Part shown: piece by piece, positions 18,698 to 28,002 of the stretch
Numbering within the stretch: position 1 is the stretch's first letter
Layout of the letters: every line of letters starts with the position of its first letter
Source of the DNA: an uncultured bacterium
GTDB taxonomy: Bacteria > Bacillota > Clostridia > Oscillospirales > CAG-272
DNA length: 64,000 bases
NCBI GenBank assembly: GCA_949293405.1
Contig: CASFDI010000050.1
Location: forward strand, 10,323 to 74,322
Direction of reading: 5' to 3'
The notes under the pieces: generated by a model
Database searches by the model: none
Told to the model about the DNA's origin: nothing
The model's input: only the letters and a program-made list of their open reading frames with translations
Position numbers and translations under genes: made by a program

Positions 18698-18725
18698 AGT
18701 ATATGCTGCGGGGAAACGGATATGC
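18698..18725 (-). promoter_or_regulatory. sigma-E-type promoter candidate for spoVB
   Basis: The minus strand reads GCATATC, 13 nt, then CATATACT. The 14-mer CCGCAGCATATACT is identical to the one in the glgB leader. Confidence 0.45.
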
Positions 18726-18726
18726 G

Positions 18727-19632
18727 TTACCCGAGGAATTCCACATAGAGGGAATCTTTTGGCAGATAGTGCTTTCCGATGGTGGGCAGATAGGCGTATC
18801 GCTCCAGAACCCGGCGTGCAAACCGGTAATGAACAGACGAGTCCGGAATGTCCGCCAGGAGCGAGAACAGAAAGGGTTTAAGCATGCTGATTTCGTATCC
18901 CATTAAGGAACTGATCGAAAAATCAGCGTATTTAGAATAAGGCAGAATGCGTTTGATTTCGTTTTCGCGCACGCTTTCCCATAGGTCAAGAGTAAAGACA
19001 GGCGTCGCGCTGCGGAAATTGTAATCGCGCACAATGCGCCGGTAGAGTCGGATCTCGTCTCCCGGAATGGTCCGGTGCTCATACTCCAGCCGGTCCCCCA
19101 CCGAAATGTAGACCGAGCAGTGCGGCACATCTCCGAACAACGCAGTCACCTCGGGATAAAACGCCTGAATCCCTTCAAAAAGGAAAATATCCGCATCCCC
19201 GGGATCAAAGGTGCGAAAGCCGCACCGCTTTCCCGAACGGAAATCAAAGCGCGGCACCGTCACCGCGCCGCCGGACCGGATGGCGGCAAAAGTCTGCTCA
19301 AGCAGTTTCAGGTCAATGGCTTCCGCGCTTTCAAAATCGGTTTTTCCTCCTCGGGACGTGGCGCGTGCCAGCAGCACCTCCCGGTCGAGATAATAGTCAT
19401 CGATGGAAACCGTGTGCACCGGATGGCCGAGAGAGGTCAGCTGTTCGGTCAGTTTGGTTGCCGTGGTTGTTTTCCCCGAGCAGGACGGCCCGCACAGCGT
19501 AAGGATACGCGGCTGCCGCTGCTGCAGCAGCTTCTGCACTACATCGGTCACCTGTCTGCGGTAGGCCGCTTCACAGATGGCGATATAGTGCCGCTTATCC
19601 GACTCGCCCTTGTAGTAGGACTTCAGGCGCAT
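18727..19632 (-). CDS. uridine kinase family (P-loop nucleoside kinase-like) protein
   Basis: Walker A is GPSCSGKTTTA. The start is taken at MRLKSYY (19632), preceded by AAAGGAGGGAGA. The ORF extends to 19665. Confidence 0.65.
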   Translation of the reverse strand: MRLKSYYKGESDKRHYIAICEAAYRRQVTDVVQKLLQQRQPRILTLCGPSCSGKTTTATKLTEQLTSLGHPVHTVSIDDYYLDREVLLARATSRGGKTDFESAEAIDLKLLEQTFAAIRSGGAVTVPRFDFRSGKRCGFRTFDPGDADIFLFEGIQAFYPEVTALFGDVPHCSVYISVGDRLEYEHRTIPGDEIRLYRRIVRDYNFRSATPVFTLDLWESVRENEIKRILPYSKYADFSISSLMGYEISMLKPFLFSLLADIPDSSVHYRFARRVLERYAYLPTIGKHYLPKDSLYVEFLG

Positions 19633-19700
19633 GGATCTCCCTCCTTTATAACTGTGTTCCTTCACTCCGGCCCTGCCGCGGTTGCGGCGTTTTCCTGTCT

Positions 19701-21224
19701 TCAGAATGATCTCAGGTCCTGAAAGTACTGCAGGATCTTATCCCGGATGGAGAGTTTACCGACTGACGGATCCCCATTCCGGATGAGATCGGCATCCCGC
19801 AAATACTCGTAAGGATATTTGGGTGTGAAAATGCGTACAATGCGGTCGCACGCCTCACCGGGCTGACGGTACGGCACCAGTTTCGTAACCGCCCCCGCCC
19901 CGATGGCGAAAATACTGTGCAACTCCTCCATCATGAAGATGTTGTATAACCCTTCCGCTCCCTCTTTCGAATATCCGACATTTTCCAGATTCCCGACCGT
20001 GTTTTTCTGCCGGTACATGTAATAGGGGCGATATCCGGCAAACTTGGTCTTGAGCTGGGCGTAGGTGACACATTTTGCCGCGTCGCCGCCCGGAAGAGAG
20101 TAGATGTTGCTGTTTGTGCGCAGCAGATCGGAAGACTTCTTCACACAGAAGGTATGCACCGTGATATTGGAAGGTGACAACTCCAGAATTTTGTCCACTG
20201 TTTGTGAGAAAATCCTGAAATTATCTCCGGGCAGGCCTGCAATCAGGTCCACATTGATATGCGGAATGCCGCTTTTCTGCGCGATCTCATACGCGCGGAA
20301 GAAATCCTGCACGGTATGCCGGCGTCCGATGGCACGCAGAATGTCGTCAGACAGGGTCTGCGGATTGACACTGATACGGTCCACCCCACAGTCGCGTGCA
20401 ACAGCCAGTTTTTCCGCTGTGATGGTATCGGGCCTGCCGGCCTCCAGCGTGCATTCCAGCCATTCGTCAGGGCCGGTATGCCGGCGGATACGCGAAAGCA
20501 GTGTCTCCAGCTGATGCGGGTCAAGCACCGTGGGCGTACCGCCTCCGATGTATACGGACGCGACCCGTTTACCCAGCAGGCGCACCGTCTCAAACATGCT
20601 GTCAATATCCTCATACAGTTTTTCCAGATACCGGTCAATCAGCGACAGCAGAGAGGCCGAGGTATAGGAAACAAACGAGCAATAGGCACAGCGCGAGGGA
20701 CAGAACGGAATCGAGATGTAAATACTGCACAGGTCATCGCGCTGCATTTTTTTCACCAGGCGCATCTCGGTGTTGGCCACCCCGGTCGCCAGGGCTGCCT
20801 TCTGCGGGTTGAGAAAGTATTCGTCGCACAGAATTCTGCGTGTTCTGAGGATCCCGTTGCCCTTGTTGAGGTATTCCGCCGCGATCTTGGCAGGGCGCAC
20901 ACCGGTCAGAATGCCCCAGGGCGGAATATAGCCGAACAGAGCTTTCCCGGCGGCAAACACCGCGCGGCCCACCGAGAGCTTCTTTGCGCGCGGGGTGCAG
21001 ACCTCGCCAGGCGCAAACACATAGTCCTCCGAGCCGCATGCACTGCGCGCACCGTCGGTCATACGGGTAAAGGAAGTGATCCGGTCGGCATACACCGTCA
21101 TGGAGATCACCGCTTCACGGCCATCGGGTTTTTCGCTGCGGGAAAACTTCGCCCCGGGGAAAAAGACCATGCAGAGCGTCTGTGCGTAATAGGGGTTGAT
21201 GTCTCCGTATACTGTCAGCTTCAT
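19701..21224 (-). CDS. hemZ: radical SAM coproporphyrinogen dehydrogenase-like protein HemZ
   Basis: It has IPFCPSRCAYCSF (CxxxCxxC). The start at MKLTVYGD gives an ATGA overlap with the dtd stop. The longest ORF begins at a GTG at 21308. Confidence 0.8.
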   Translation of the reverse strand: MKLTVYGDINPYYAQTLCMVFFPGAKFSRSEKPDGREAVISMTVYADRITSFTRMTDGARSACGSEDYVFAPGEVCTPRAKKLSVGRAVFAAGKALFGYIPPWGILTGVRPAKIAAEYLNKGNGILRTRRILCDEYFLNPQKAALATGVANTEMRLVKKMQRDDLCSIYISIPFCPSRCAYCSFVSYTSASLLSLIDRYLEKLYEDIDSMFETVRLLGKRVASVYIGGGTPTVLDPHQLETLLSRIRRHTGPDEWLECTLEAGRPDTITAEKLAVARDCGVDRISVNPQTLSDDILRAIGRRHTVQDFFRAYEIAQKSGIPHINVDLIAGLPGDNFRIFSQTVDKILELSPSNITVHTFCVKKSSDLLRTNSNIYSLPGGDAAKCVTYAQLKTKFAGYRPYYMYRQKNTVGNLENVGYSKEGAEGLYNIFMMEELHSIFAIGAGAVTKLVPYRQPGEACDRIVRIFTPKYPYEYLRDADLIRNGDPSVGKLSIRDKILQYFQDLRSF

Positions 21225-21706
21225 GTCGGGGCTCCCTCTGCGGCAGTTGCTTTTTGTTTTTTCAGCAGGGCGGAATCCAGCACAATGGTCACCGGTCCGT
21301 CGGCGCACAGATCAATCTGCATATGAGCGCCGAATTCCCCGCAGGATACCGGCACACCCGACTCCTGCATCCGCTGTACAAAATACCGGTACAACTCCTG
21401 CGCCCGCCCGGGCCGGGCGGCGTTCAGGTAATCCGGTCGGTTGCCGCTTTTGTAATTGGCGAGCAGAGTGAAATTGGATACGACCAAAGCACCGCCGCCC
21501 GCATCCAGGACCGACCGGTTCATTTTGTCCTGCCCGTCCGGAAAAATACGCAGTTTTGCAATTTTTGCAGCCAGCAGCGAGGCGTCCTGTTCCGTATCGG
21601 TCTGTGCTACTCCCAAAAGGATCAGCAGTCCGTCCTCACATTTCCCCACGCACGCATCCCCGACCCGGACCGCGGCGGAAAGGACCCGTTGTATCACTGC
21701 AATCAT
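21221..21706 (-). CDS. dtd: D-aminoacyl-tRNA deacylase
   Basis: 161 aa with MIAVIQRV, VVSNFTL and GEFGAHMQ motifs. Confidence 0.9.
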   Translation of the reverse strand: MIAVIQRVLSAAVRVGDACVGKCEDGLLILLGVAQTDTEQDASLLAAKIAKLRIFPDGQDKMNRSVLDAGGGALVVSNFTLLANYKSGNRPDYLNAARPGRAQELYRYFVQRMQESGVPVSCGEFGAHMQIDLCADGPVTIVLDSALLKKQKATAAEGAPT

Positions 21707-21707
21707 A

Positions 21708-23927
21708 TCATCCTCCGAATCCCCGGTCTACCGACTCTACCGCCGGAATGGATCTGAGCCGGGACACAATGGAATTGAAATGTTCTACATTGCGGCATCC
21801 GATCGCCAGGTTGATCACCGCGTGTCCGTTGTCCCCGATCTGATGGGACGAGATCCGCATGATCGACACCTTCATATCGGCCAGGGCGGCCGATACTTCG
21901 GCCAGAACGCCGATGTCATCCAGCACGAATACCTTGAGATTGGCTTCATACAGGTTGCGGTTGTTTTCCGATGCGGCGTCGCCCTCCCAGTGCGCCTCTA
22001 CCCAACGGTCCCGGTACTCCTCGCGCTCACGGTTCAGCCGGACATTCGGGCAGTCAGCCTTGTGAATGGAAATACCGAATCCCTTGGTAATGAATCCGAT
22101 CACCGTGTCGCCGGGAAGCGGATTGCAGCATTTGGCAAACTTGACCTCGCAGCCGCTTTCTCCGTCCACCACGATTCCCGACCCGCGGCGCAGGTTTTTG
22201 GGTTTTTCCACCAGGCGGAAGGCGTCTTCCACACTGGAGGGCGCCTGCGGCTCTTCCGCTGCGGGCACCAGTTTCTCAAACTCTTCCTTCAGCCGGGCGG
22301 TCAGCCGCGGAATCGACAGTCCGCCGAATCCGATAGTATTGTACAGATCGTCGCCGCTCTGGATGCCCACCCGGTGCGCCACATTCTCCACCACTTCGTT
22401 GCGCTGCGCCTCGGTGTACGGCCGGCCGAAGCGCCGCAGCTCCCGGTCAATCTCCTGTTTGCCCACCTGAATGTTTTCGGTGCGTTGTTCCTTCTTGAAA
22501 AACTGACGGATCTTATTGCGGGCTTCGCCGGTCTTGACGATCTTCAGCCAGTCACGGCTGGGGCCCTTGGAGGTATTGGATGTGAGGATCTCCACGATTT
22601 CCCCGTTCTGAGGAACCCGGTCGATCGGCACAATCATGCCGTTGATCTTTGCCCCCACCATCTTGTTGCCGACCGCGCTGTGAATCGCATAGGCGAAGTC
22701 GATCACCGTTGCGCCCTGCGGCAGCGAGATCACATCCCCCTTGGGGGTAAACACAAAGGTCTCGTCATGGAAAATATCGGTCTTGAAGGACCGCATGAAC
22801 TCGTCCGGATCCTTGGTGTTGTCGTCCGCTTCCAGAAGTTTGGAGATCCAGCGCAGCTTCTCGTCGATCTCCTCTTTTGATTTTTCACCCGATTTGTATT
22901 TCCAATGCGCTGCAATACCGAATTCCGCAGTCTGATGCATCTCATAGGTACGGATCTGCACCTCAAACGGCAATCCGTGCCTGCCGATCACCGTGGTGTG
23001 CAGAGAACGGTACATATTGGGTTTGGGGGTGGAAATATAGTCCTTGAATCTTCCCGGCACCGAATTGAACATCTCGTGCACCAACCCCAGCACCGTGTAG
23101 CACGCAAGCTCTGTATCCACAATGATGCGCAGTGCGTAAAAATCGTAGATTTCATCAAAACTCTTGTTCTGATTGTACATCTTCCGGTACAGGCTGTAGA
23201 TCGACTTGACCCGCCCTTCCATGGTGAAGTGAATGTTGTTTTCGGTCAGCCGTTCGGCGATCTCGGTTTTTGCGTTCTCAATCAGGTCCCGGCTCTCTCC
23301 GTATTTCTGCTGGACCGAGTTGGATACCTCCTGATAACCGATGGGATCCAGATACAGCAGGGACAGATTTTCCAGTTCCTGCTTGATGCGCTGCATGCCC
23401 AGCCGATGCGCCAGCGGAGCATACACATACATGGTCTCCAGCGCAATATCCCTCTGACGCTCCTCACGCTTGACCGAGAGGGTGCGCATATTATGCACCC
23501 GGTCGCACAGCTTGATGAAAATCACCCGGATATCCTTGGTCATGGCAAGCAGCATTTTCCGGATGTTCTCGATATGGGCCTCTTCCTTGTCCTCCACCTG
23601 AACAGACACAATCTTGGTCAGCCCGTCCACCAGCAGCGCCACATCCTCTCCGAAAGCGTCGGAGATGGCTTTCAGACTGGTCTTGTCCGGACAGTCCTCC
23701 ACCGTGTCATGCAGCAGTGCCGCACACACCGAATCGGTGTCCAGCTCCATTTCGGCCACGATCTCCGCCACCGCGATGGGATGGAAAATGTAGGGTTCCC
23801 CGCTCAGCCGGAACTGCCCCGCATGCGCCTCGTCCGCATAGAGAAAGGCCCTCTTGATTTTTTCGATGTCATATTTTTTACCCGTCCCCTCGAGCATGCC
23901 GATGAGACGGCTGATTTCCTCATACAT
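21708..23927 (-). CDS. relA: bifunctional (p)ppGpp synthetase/hydrolase (RelA/SpoT homolog)
   Basis: HD domain (AALLHDTVEDC), synthetase domain (YRSLHTTV), and TGS and ACT regions are present. The start is taken at MYEEISRL (23927). The ORF extends to 24014. Confidence 0.9.
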   Translation of the reverse strand: MYEEISRLIGMLEGTGKKYDIEKIKRAFLYADEAHAGQFRLSGEPYIFHPIAVAEIVAEMELDTDSVCAALLHDTVEDCPDKTSLKAISDAFGEDVALLVDGLTKIVSVQVEDKEEAHIENIRKMLLAMTKDIRVIFIKLCDRVHNMRTLSVKREERQRDIALETMYVYAPLAHRLGMQRIKQELENLSLLYLDPIGYQEVSNSVQQKYGESRDLIENAKTEIAERLTENNIHFTMEGRVKSIYSLYRKMYNQNKSFDEIYDFYALRIIVDTELACYTVLGLVHEMFNSVPGRFKDYISTPKPNMYRSLHTTVIGRHGLPFEVQIRTYEMHQTAEFGIAAHWKYKSGEKSKEEIDEKLRWISKLLEADDNTKDPDEFMRSFKTDIFHDETFVFTPKGDVISLPQGATVIDFAYAIHSAVGNKMVGAKINGMIVPIDRVPQNGEIVEILTSNTSKGPSRDWLKIVKTGEARNKIRQFFKKEQRTENIQVGKQEIDRELRRFGRPYTEAQRNEVVENVAHRVGIQSGDDLYNTIGFGGLSIPRLTARLKEEFEKLVPAAEEPQAPSSVEDAFRLVEKPKNLRRGSGIVVDGESGCEVKFAKCCNPLPGDTVIGFITKGFGISIHKADCPNVRLNREREEYRDRWVEAHWEGDAASENNRNLYEANLKVFVLDDIGVLAEVSAALADMKVSIMRISSHQIGDNGHAVINLAIGCRNVEHFNSIVSRLRSIPAVESVDRGFGG

Positions 23928-26133
23928 GATACGATTCCTGACCGTTATGCCGTTCCTGACCGCGCAGACGACGCAGCAGGGTGGATTTTTCCAGATCTGT
24001 TTTCGTCGTGGCATTGTGCAGCCGGACGGTATAGCGGTCCCCCTGCTCCTGAATGGTCAGCAGGTTCAGCTCCTTGAATATCAGAATAATAAACCTGAGT
24101 TTGATGGAATTGACATCTCCGCCGTATTCGGTATGGATCTTGGTCAGAAGCACCCGATGCGAGAAACTGTCGATTCCCATCCGCGCCAGCCGCCGGATCA
24201 CCGTATAGGTGGCGGCAAAATCGGCACGGCACGGCAGCACATGCTCCTCAGGCGAGAACGATCCGCCCGCGCGGATGGTTTCAAAGCGGTCGGCAAGCTG
24301 TGCCCGGCGTCTGTCGTCCTCTTCGGAACGGCGGATATCCTTGATGATCAGCTGAACAGACTTCCGCCCGTTCCACTCATTGATGTCCACGGTGAACATG
24401 AGATCCGCCAGATCACCCGCAAACAGTGAAAGCTCCTCCATCCCCGAGCCGAAGCACATGGCCTGCAGCACATGGCCGTCGCCGGTTCCCAGAGTAAAGC
24501 GGGTATGCCGACCGCCGCTCACCGCCGCGCTCTCCAGAATCTCGACCCCGAAAAGAGCAAACACCGGAACAGGATTGCCCACCCCGTAGGGCTCGAGCAG
24601 TTGAAGCTCCTGCGCAAGCGACAGAGTAATGTCGGAAAATTTCAGGATACAGTCGCCCTCAAGGGTGGGCGTCATGGCTTCCTCGCTCAGCACCGAACGG
24701 GCATATTCATTGATGCGGGCACGGAACAGCGGCAGATTGGCGCGCGTGACGCTGAGTCCCGCTGCCAGTTCATGGCCGCCGAATTTCACCAGGCAGTCGC
24801 TGCAGTGCACCAGCGCATCCACCAGATTGAGTCCCTTGATGCTGCGTCCGGAGCCTTTCCCCACATCGTCCGATCCGTATACCAACCCGCACCCTTCAAA
24901 GGATACCAGAATGGAAGGCAACCCGAATTTCTCGGTGATCCTGGACGCCACAATCCCGATGATTCCGTGATGCCAGCCGTCCGAATCCAGCACAATCACC
25001 GGATCATGCTCAAAATCGTGTTCGGCGTAGATCTTTTCAAACGCCTCCTCCATGATGCGGTTTTCCTCGGTCTGGCGCTCCCGGTTGGCCTCGCACAGAT
25101 CCTCCGCCAGCCGCTTTGCCTCATCGGGGTCTTCCGCAAGGAACAGTTCCACCGCCTCAGTGGCGCTGCGGATCCGTCCGGCCGCATTGATACGCGGGGC
25201 AAGCGTGTAGCCGATGTAACCGGATGTGATCTTCCGGGTTTTGCGCTTTCTGACAGTAGGAGCGCTTCCGGTGCGGTTTGCCGCTGCTTCCATCAGGGCA
25301 ACAAGCCCGGGACGCGCGGTATGTTCAATCAGATGCAGACCGTACGAGACGATCAGTTTATTTTCGTCCCGGATGGGCATGACATCCGCAATGGTACCGA
25401 TAGCGACAAGGTCGGCGTAATGCCGGCACACATCGCCCACCGCATCCAGCCTGGACTGCCCGGTAAGCCGCTCCTGCAATGCGCAGATCAGTTTGAATAC
25501 CACGCCGACACCCGCCAGCTCCTTGAATGGATAGGGACAGTCGGGACGGTGCGGATTGATGACCGCAACCGCTTCGGGCAATTCCGAACGGCACTCATGG
25601 TGATCGGTCACCACCACATCCACCCCAAGAGAGGCGGCATACAGCACCTCTTCATTGGCGGTGATGCCCGTATCAACCGTGATGATCAGAGCGGTTCCTT
25701 CCCCCGCCAGCTTCTCAATGGCGCTCTTTGAAACGCCGTAACCCTCGTTGGCGCGATTGGGAATATAGTAACTGATATGTTCCGAATAACGGCGCAGAAA
25801 CAGGTACAGCGTACAGACTGATGTCACCCCGTCCACATCATAATCGCCGTATACCGTAATCCGTTCCCCGCACTCAAGTGCACGGCGGATGCGTGCGATT
25901 GCAGGCTCGATATCGCGCAGCAGAAAAGGATCGCACAGCATCTCGCTCTCCATATGCAGAAACGAGCGTGCACTTGCGGCGTCGGTGTATCCGCGGTTGA
26001 TCAGCAACTGTGCCACAATGGGCGAAACCGCAAGGTCCCGCGCCATCTGCACCGTCTCTTCGGGTATTCGTTGTGCCAGATTCTCCCTGAGAATCCACTT
26101 CTTCTCCTTTTTGTTTTCAATCGGTGAAATCAT
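23920..26133 (-). CDS. recJ: single-stranded-DNA-specific exonuclease RecJ
   Basis: 737 aa with DHH motifs (YGDYDVDGVTS, VVVTDHHEC) and a DHHA1 region. Confidence 0.9.
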   Translation of the reverse strand: MISPIENKKEKKWILRENLAQRIPEETVQMARDLAVSPIVAQLLINRGYTDAASARSFLHMESEMLCDPFLLRDIEPAIARIRRALECGERITVYGDYDVDGVTSVCTLYLFLRRYSEHISYYIPNRANEGYGVSKSAIEKLAGEGTALIITVDTGITANEEVLYAASLGVDVVVTDHHECRSELPEAVAVINPHRPDCPYPFKELAGVGVVFKLICALQERLTGQSRLDAVGDVCRHYADLVAIGTIADVMPIRDENKLIVSYGLHLIEHTARPGLVALMEAAANRTGSAPTVRKRKTRKITSGYIGYTLAPRINAAGRIRSATEAVELFLAEDPDEAKRLAEDLCEANRERQTEENRIMEEAFEKIYAEHDFEHDPVIVLDSDGWHHGIIGIVASRITEKFGLPSILVSFEGCGLVYGSDDVGKGSGRSIKGLNLVDALVHCSDCLVKFGGHELAAGLSVTRANLPLFRARINEYARSVLSEEAMTPTLEGDCILKFSDITLSLAQELQLLEPYGVGNPVPVFALFGVEILESAAVSGGRHTRFTLGTGDGHVLQAMCFGSGMEELSLFAGDLADLMFTVDINEWNGRKSVQLIIKDIRRSEEDDRRRAQLADRFETIRAGGSFSPEEHVLPCRADFAATYTVIRRLARMGIDSFSHRVLLTKIHTEYGGDVNSIKLRFIILIFKELNLLTIQEQGDRYTVRLHNATTKTDLEKSTLLRRLRGQERHNGQESYHV

Positions 26134-26204
26134 GTATATCTGAAACCGTTTCAGGCGGCGGACCGCCCTCTTTCTGTATTATTAACAAATGGAAGCCCGG
26201 CATT

Positions 26205-27806
26205 TCATCCGGGCGGCGCATAGGCAGCCATCAGAGCCAGTGCCGTGCGGATCCCGTCCACCGCCGCGCTGGTGATGCCCCCTGCATAACCGGCGCCCTC
26301 TCCCGCAGGGTACAGATTGGAAAATCCGATGGCGCACCGGTCCTCCCCGCGCAGAATACGGATGGGCGCGGATGTTCTGGTTTCCGCTCCGGTCAGAACC
26401 GCATCGGAAACCGAAAAGCCCTCAATCCTGCCTTCAAAAGCGGCAATGCCGCCGCGCAGGGCCTGCGTGACAAATGGGGGCAGATAGGCGTCCGGCGAAC
26501 AGAGCCGCACGCCCTCCCCAACAAAAAAAGAGGGCAAAATCCCGCGCGGCTGGGTGCCGCACGTGCCGGACAGGAAATCTCCGACAAGACAGATGGGCGC
26601 GCTGTAAGCACCCCCGCCCGCCGCAAAAGCAGCCTGCTCGATGCCGCGCTGAAAGGCGATCGCCCGCGCGGGCGTCGCACCGTAATCTTCCCGGAATACC
26701 GAAACGGCAAGAGCGCAGTTTGCGTTTCTGCCGTCGCGGGCATGGCTGCTCATTCCGTTTACCACCACGCCGCCTTCCTCGCTGGCAGCCGCAATCACGG
26801 TGCCTCCGGGACACATGCAGAACGAATAAACGCCCCGCTCTTTGGTGTTGTATGACAGATTGTACTCCCCGTGCCCGAGCGCCGGATGCCCGGCGAAGGA
26901 GCCGAACAGCGCCCGGTCGATATCGCTCTGCAGATGCTCGATCCGTACCCCTACTGAAAAAGGTTTCGCTTCAAGAGCAATATCCAGATCCATCAGCATG
27001 CCGTAAGTATCCCGCGCGCTGTGTCCTACCGCGAGAATCAGGGCACCCGCGTCAATCGGTCCGTCAGGGGTCAGCACGGCATGGACACGGCCGTCCCTGT
27101 GCAGGATCCGGTCCATTCTGGTGTGATGGAACACCCTGCCGCCGCACGCCTCAATGCGCGCCTGTAGCGCCGTCACCACCGTGCGCAGAAGATCGGTGCC
27201 GATGTGCGGCTTCTGTCTGGTGAGAATATCGGCAGGTGCGCCGCAGGCCGCAAACTGTTCCAGAACATATCCGCATACCGGATCGTGAATTCTGGTGACC
27301 AGTTTCCCGTCAGAAAAAGTGCCGGCGCCGCCGGCGCCGAACTGAATGTTGGTCTCGGGGTCAAGAATGCGTTCCCGGCGCAGTCTGTCAAAGGCCTGCA
27401 CCCGTTCCCTGACCGTGCCGCCGCGCTCCAGCAGGACCGGCGCATAGCCGTTCTCGGCAAGTATCAGTGCGGCAAACAGGCCGCACGGCCCCGCTCCCAC
27501 CACAACCGGCGGGGCGGAAAGAGGTGCAGTCCCGAATACCGGAACCGGCCTCTCCGAACGCAGCGGAGTCAGAAGATCCGTATGCGCGGCAGCATCGGGC
27601 GCAAAGGACCCGGTGACCGCGACCGCATATACCAGGCGGATATCGGAACGTTTGCGTGCATCCACCGAACGGCGGTGAAGCGCAAAAACCGCGTCATCCG
27701 GCAGCAGGGCGGCTGCGCGCAACCGGCGCCGGGCATATGCAAAAGCGTCCTCTTCGGTACTGTCGAGCGGCAGGCTGATGCCGCTCAGCACATAGGTGCC
27801 GGGCAT
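26205..27806 (-). CDS. FAD-dependent oxidoreductase of unknown function (COG2509-like)
   Basis: Dinucleotide-binding motif VVVGAGPCGLFAALILAENG. The start is taken at MPGTYVL (27806), 4 nt after the small-ORF stop, with GGGTGA upstream. The ORF extends to 27878. Confidence 0.7.
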   Translation of the reverse strand: MPGTYVLSGISLPLDSTEEDAFAYARRRLRAAALLPDDAVFALHRRSVDARKRSDIRLVYAVAVTGSFAPDAAAHTDLLTPLRSERPVPVFGTAPLSAPPVVVGAGPCGLFAALILAENGYAPVLLERGGTVRERVQAFDRLRRERILDPETNIQFGAGGAGTFSDGKLVTRIHDPVCGYVLEQFAACGAPADILTRQKPHIGTDLLRTVVTALQARIEACGGRVFHHTRMDRILHRDGRVHAVLTPDGPIDAGALILAVGHSARDTYGMLMDLDIALEAKPFSVGVRIEHLQSDIDRALFGSFAGHPALGHGEYNLSYNTKERGVYSFCMCPGGTVIAAASEEGGVVVNGMSSHARDGRNANCALAVSVFREDYGATPARAIAFQRGIEQAAFAAGGGAYSAPICLVGDFLSGTCGTQPRGILPSFFVGEGVRLCSPDAYLPPFVTQALRGGIAAFEGRIEGFSVSDAVLTGAETRTSAPIRILRGEDRCAIGFSNLYPAGEGAGYAGGITSAAVDGIRTALALMAAYAPPG

Positions 27807-27810
27807 CGGC

Positions 27811-27999
27811 TCACCCGATACAGATACGGCAGGAGAGCACATCGGTCTGCTCCGCTGTATCCGTGTGATCCGTGTCATCGGAAGAAAGCGCCATACGGTA
27901 GGACACGGTCAGGAAGACCGCAACGGCGGCGAGCAGGCAGGCCGCATACAGCAGGATCGCCCGCAGAAGGGCTCTTCTTTTACTTGTTTTCCCTGTCAT
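27811..27999 (-). CDS. small single-pass membrane protein (62 aa) in the position normally occupied by cdaR
   Basis: The ATG lies 3 nt after the cdaA stop. A GGAGAGGAGG SD sits 8 nt upstream. The protein has a basic N-terminus, one hydrophobic helix (ALLRAILLYAACLLAAVAVFLTV) and an acidic tail. Confidence 0.45.
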   Translation of the reverse strand: MTGKTSKRRALLRAILLYAACLLAAVAVFLTVSYRMALSSDDTDHTDTAEQTDVLSCRICIG

Positions 28000-28002
28000 G
28001 GC

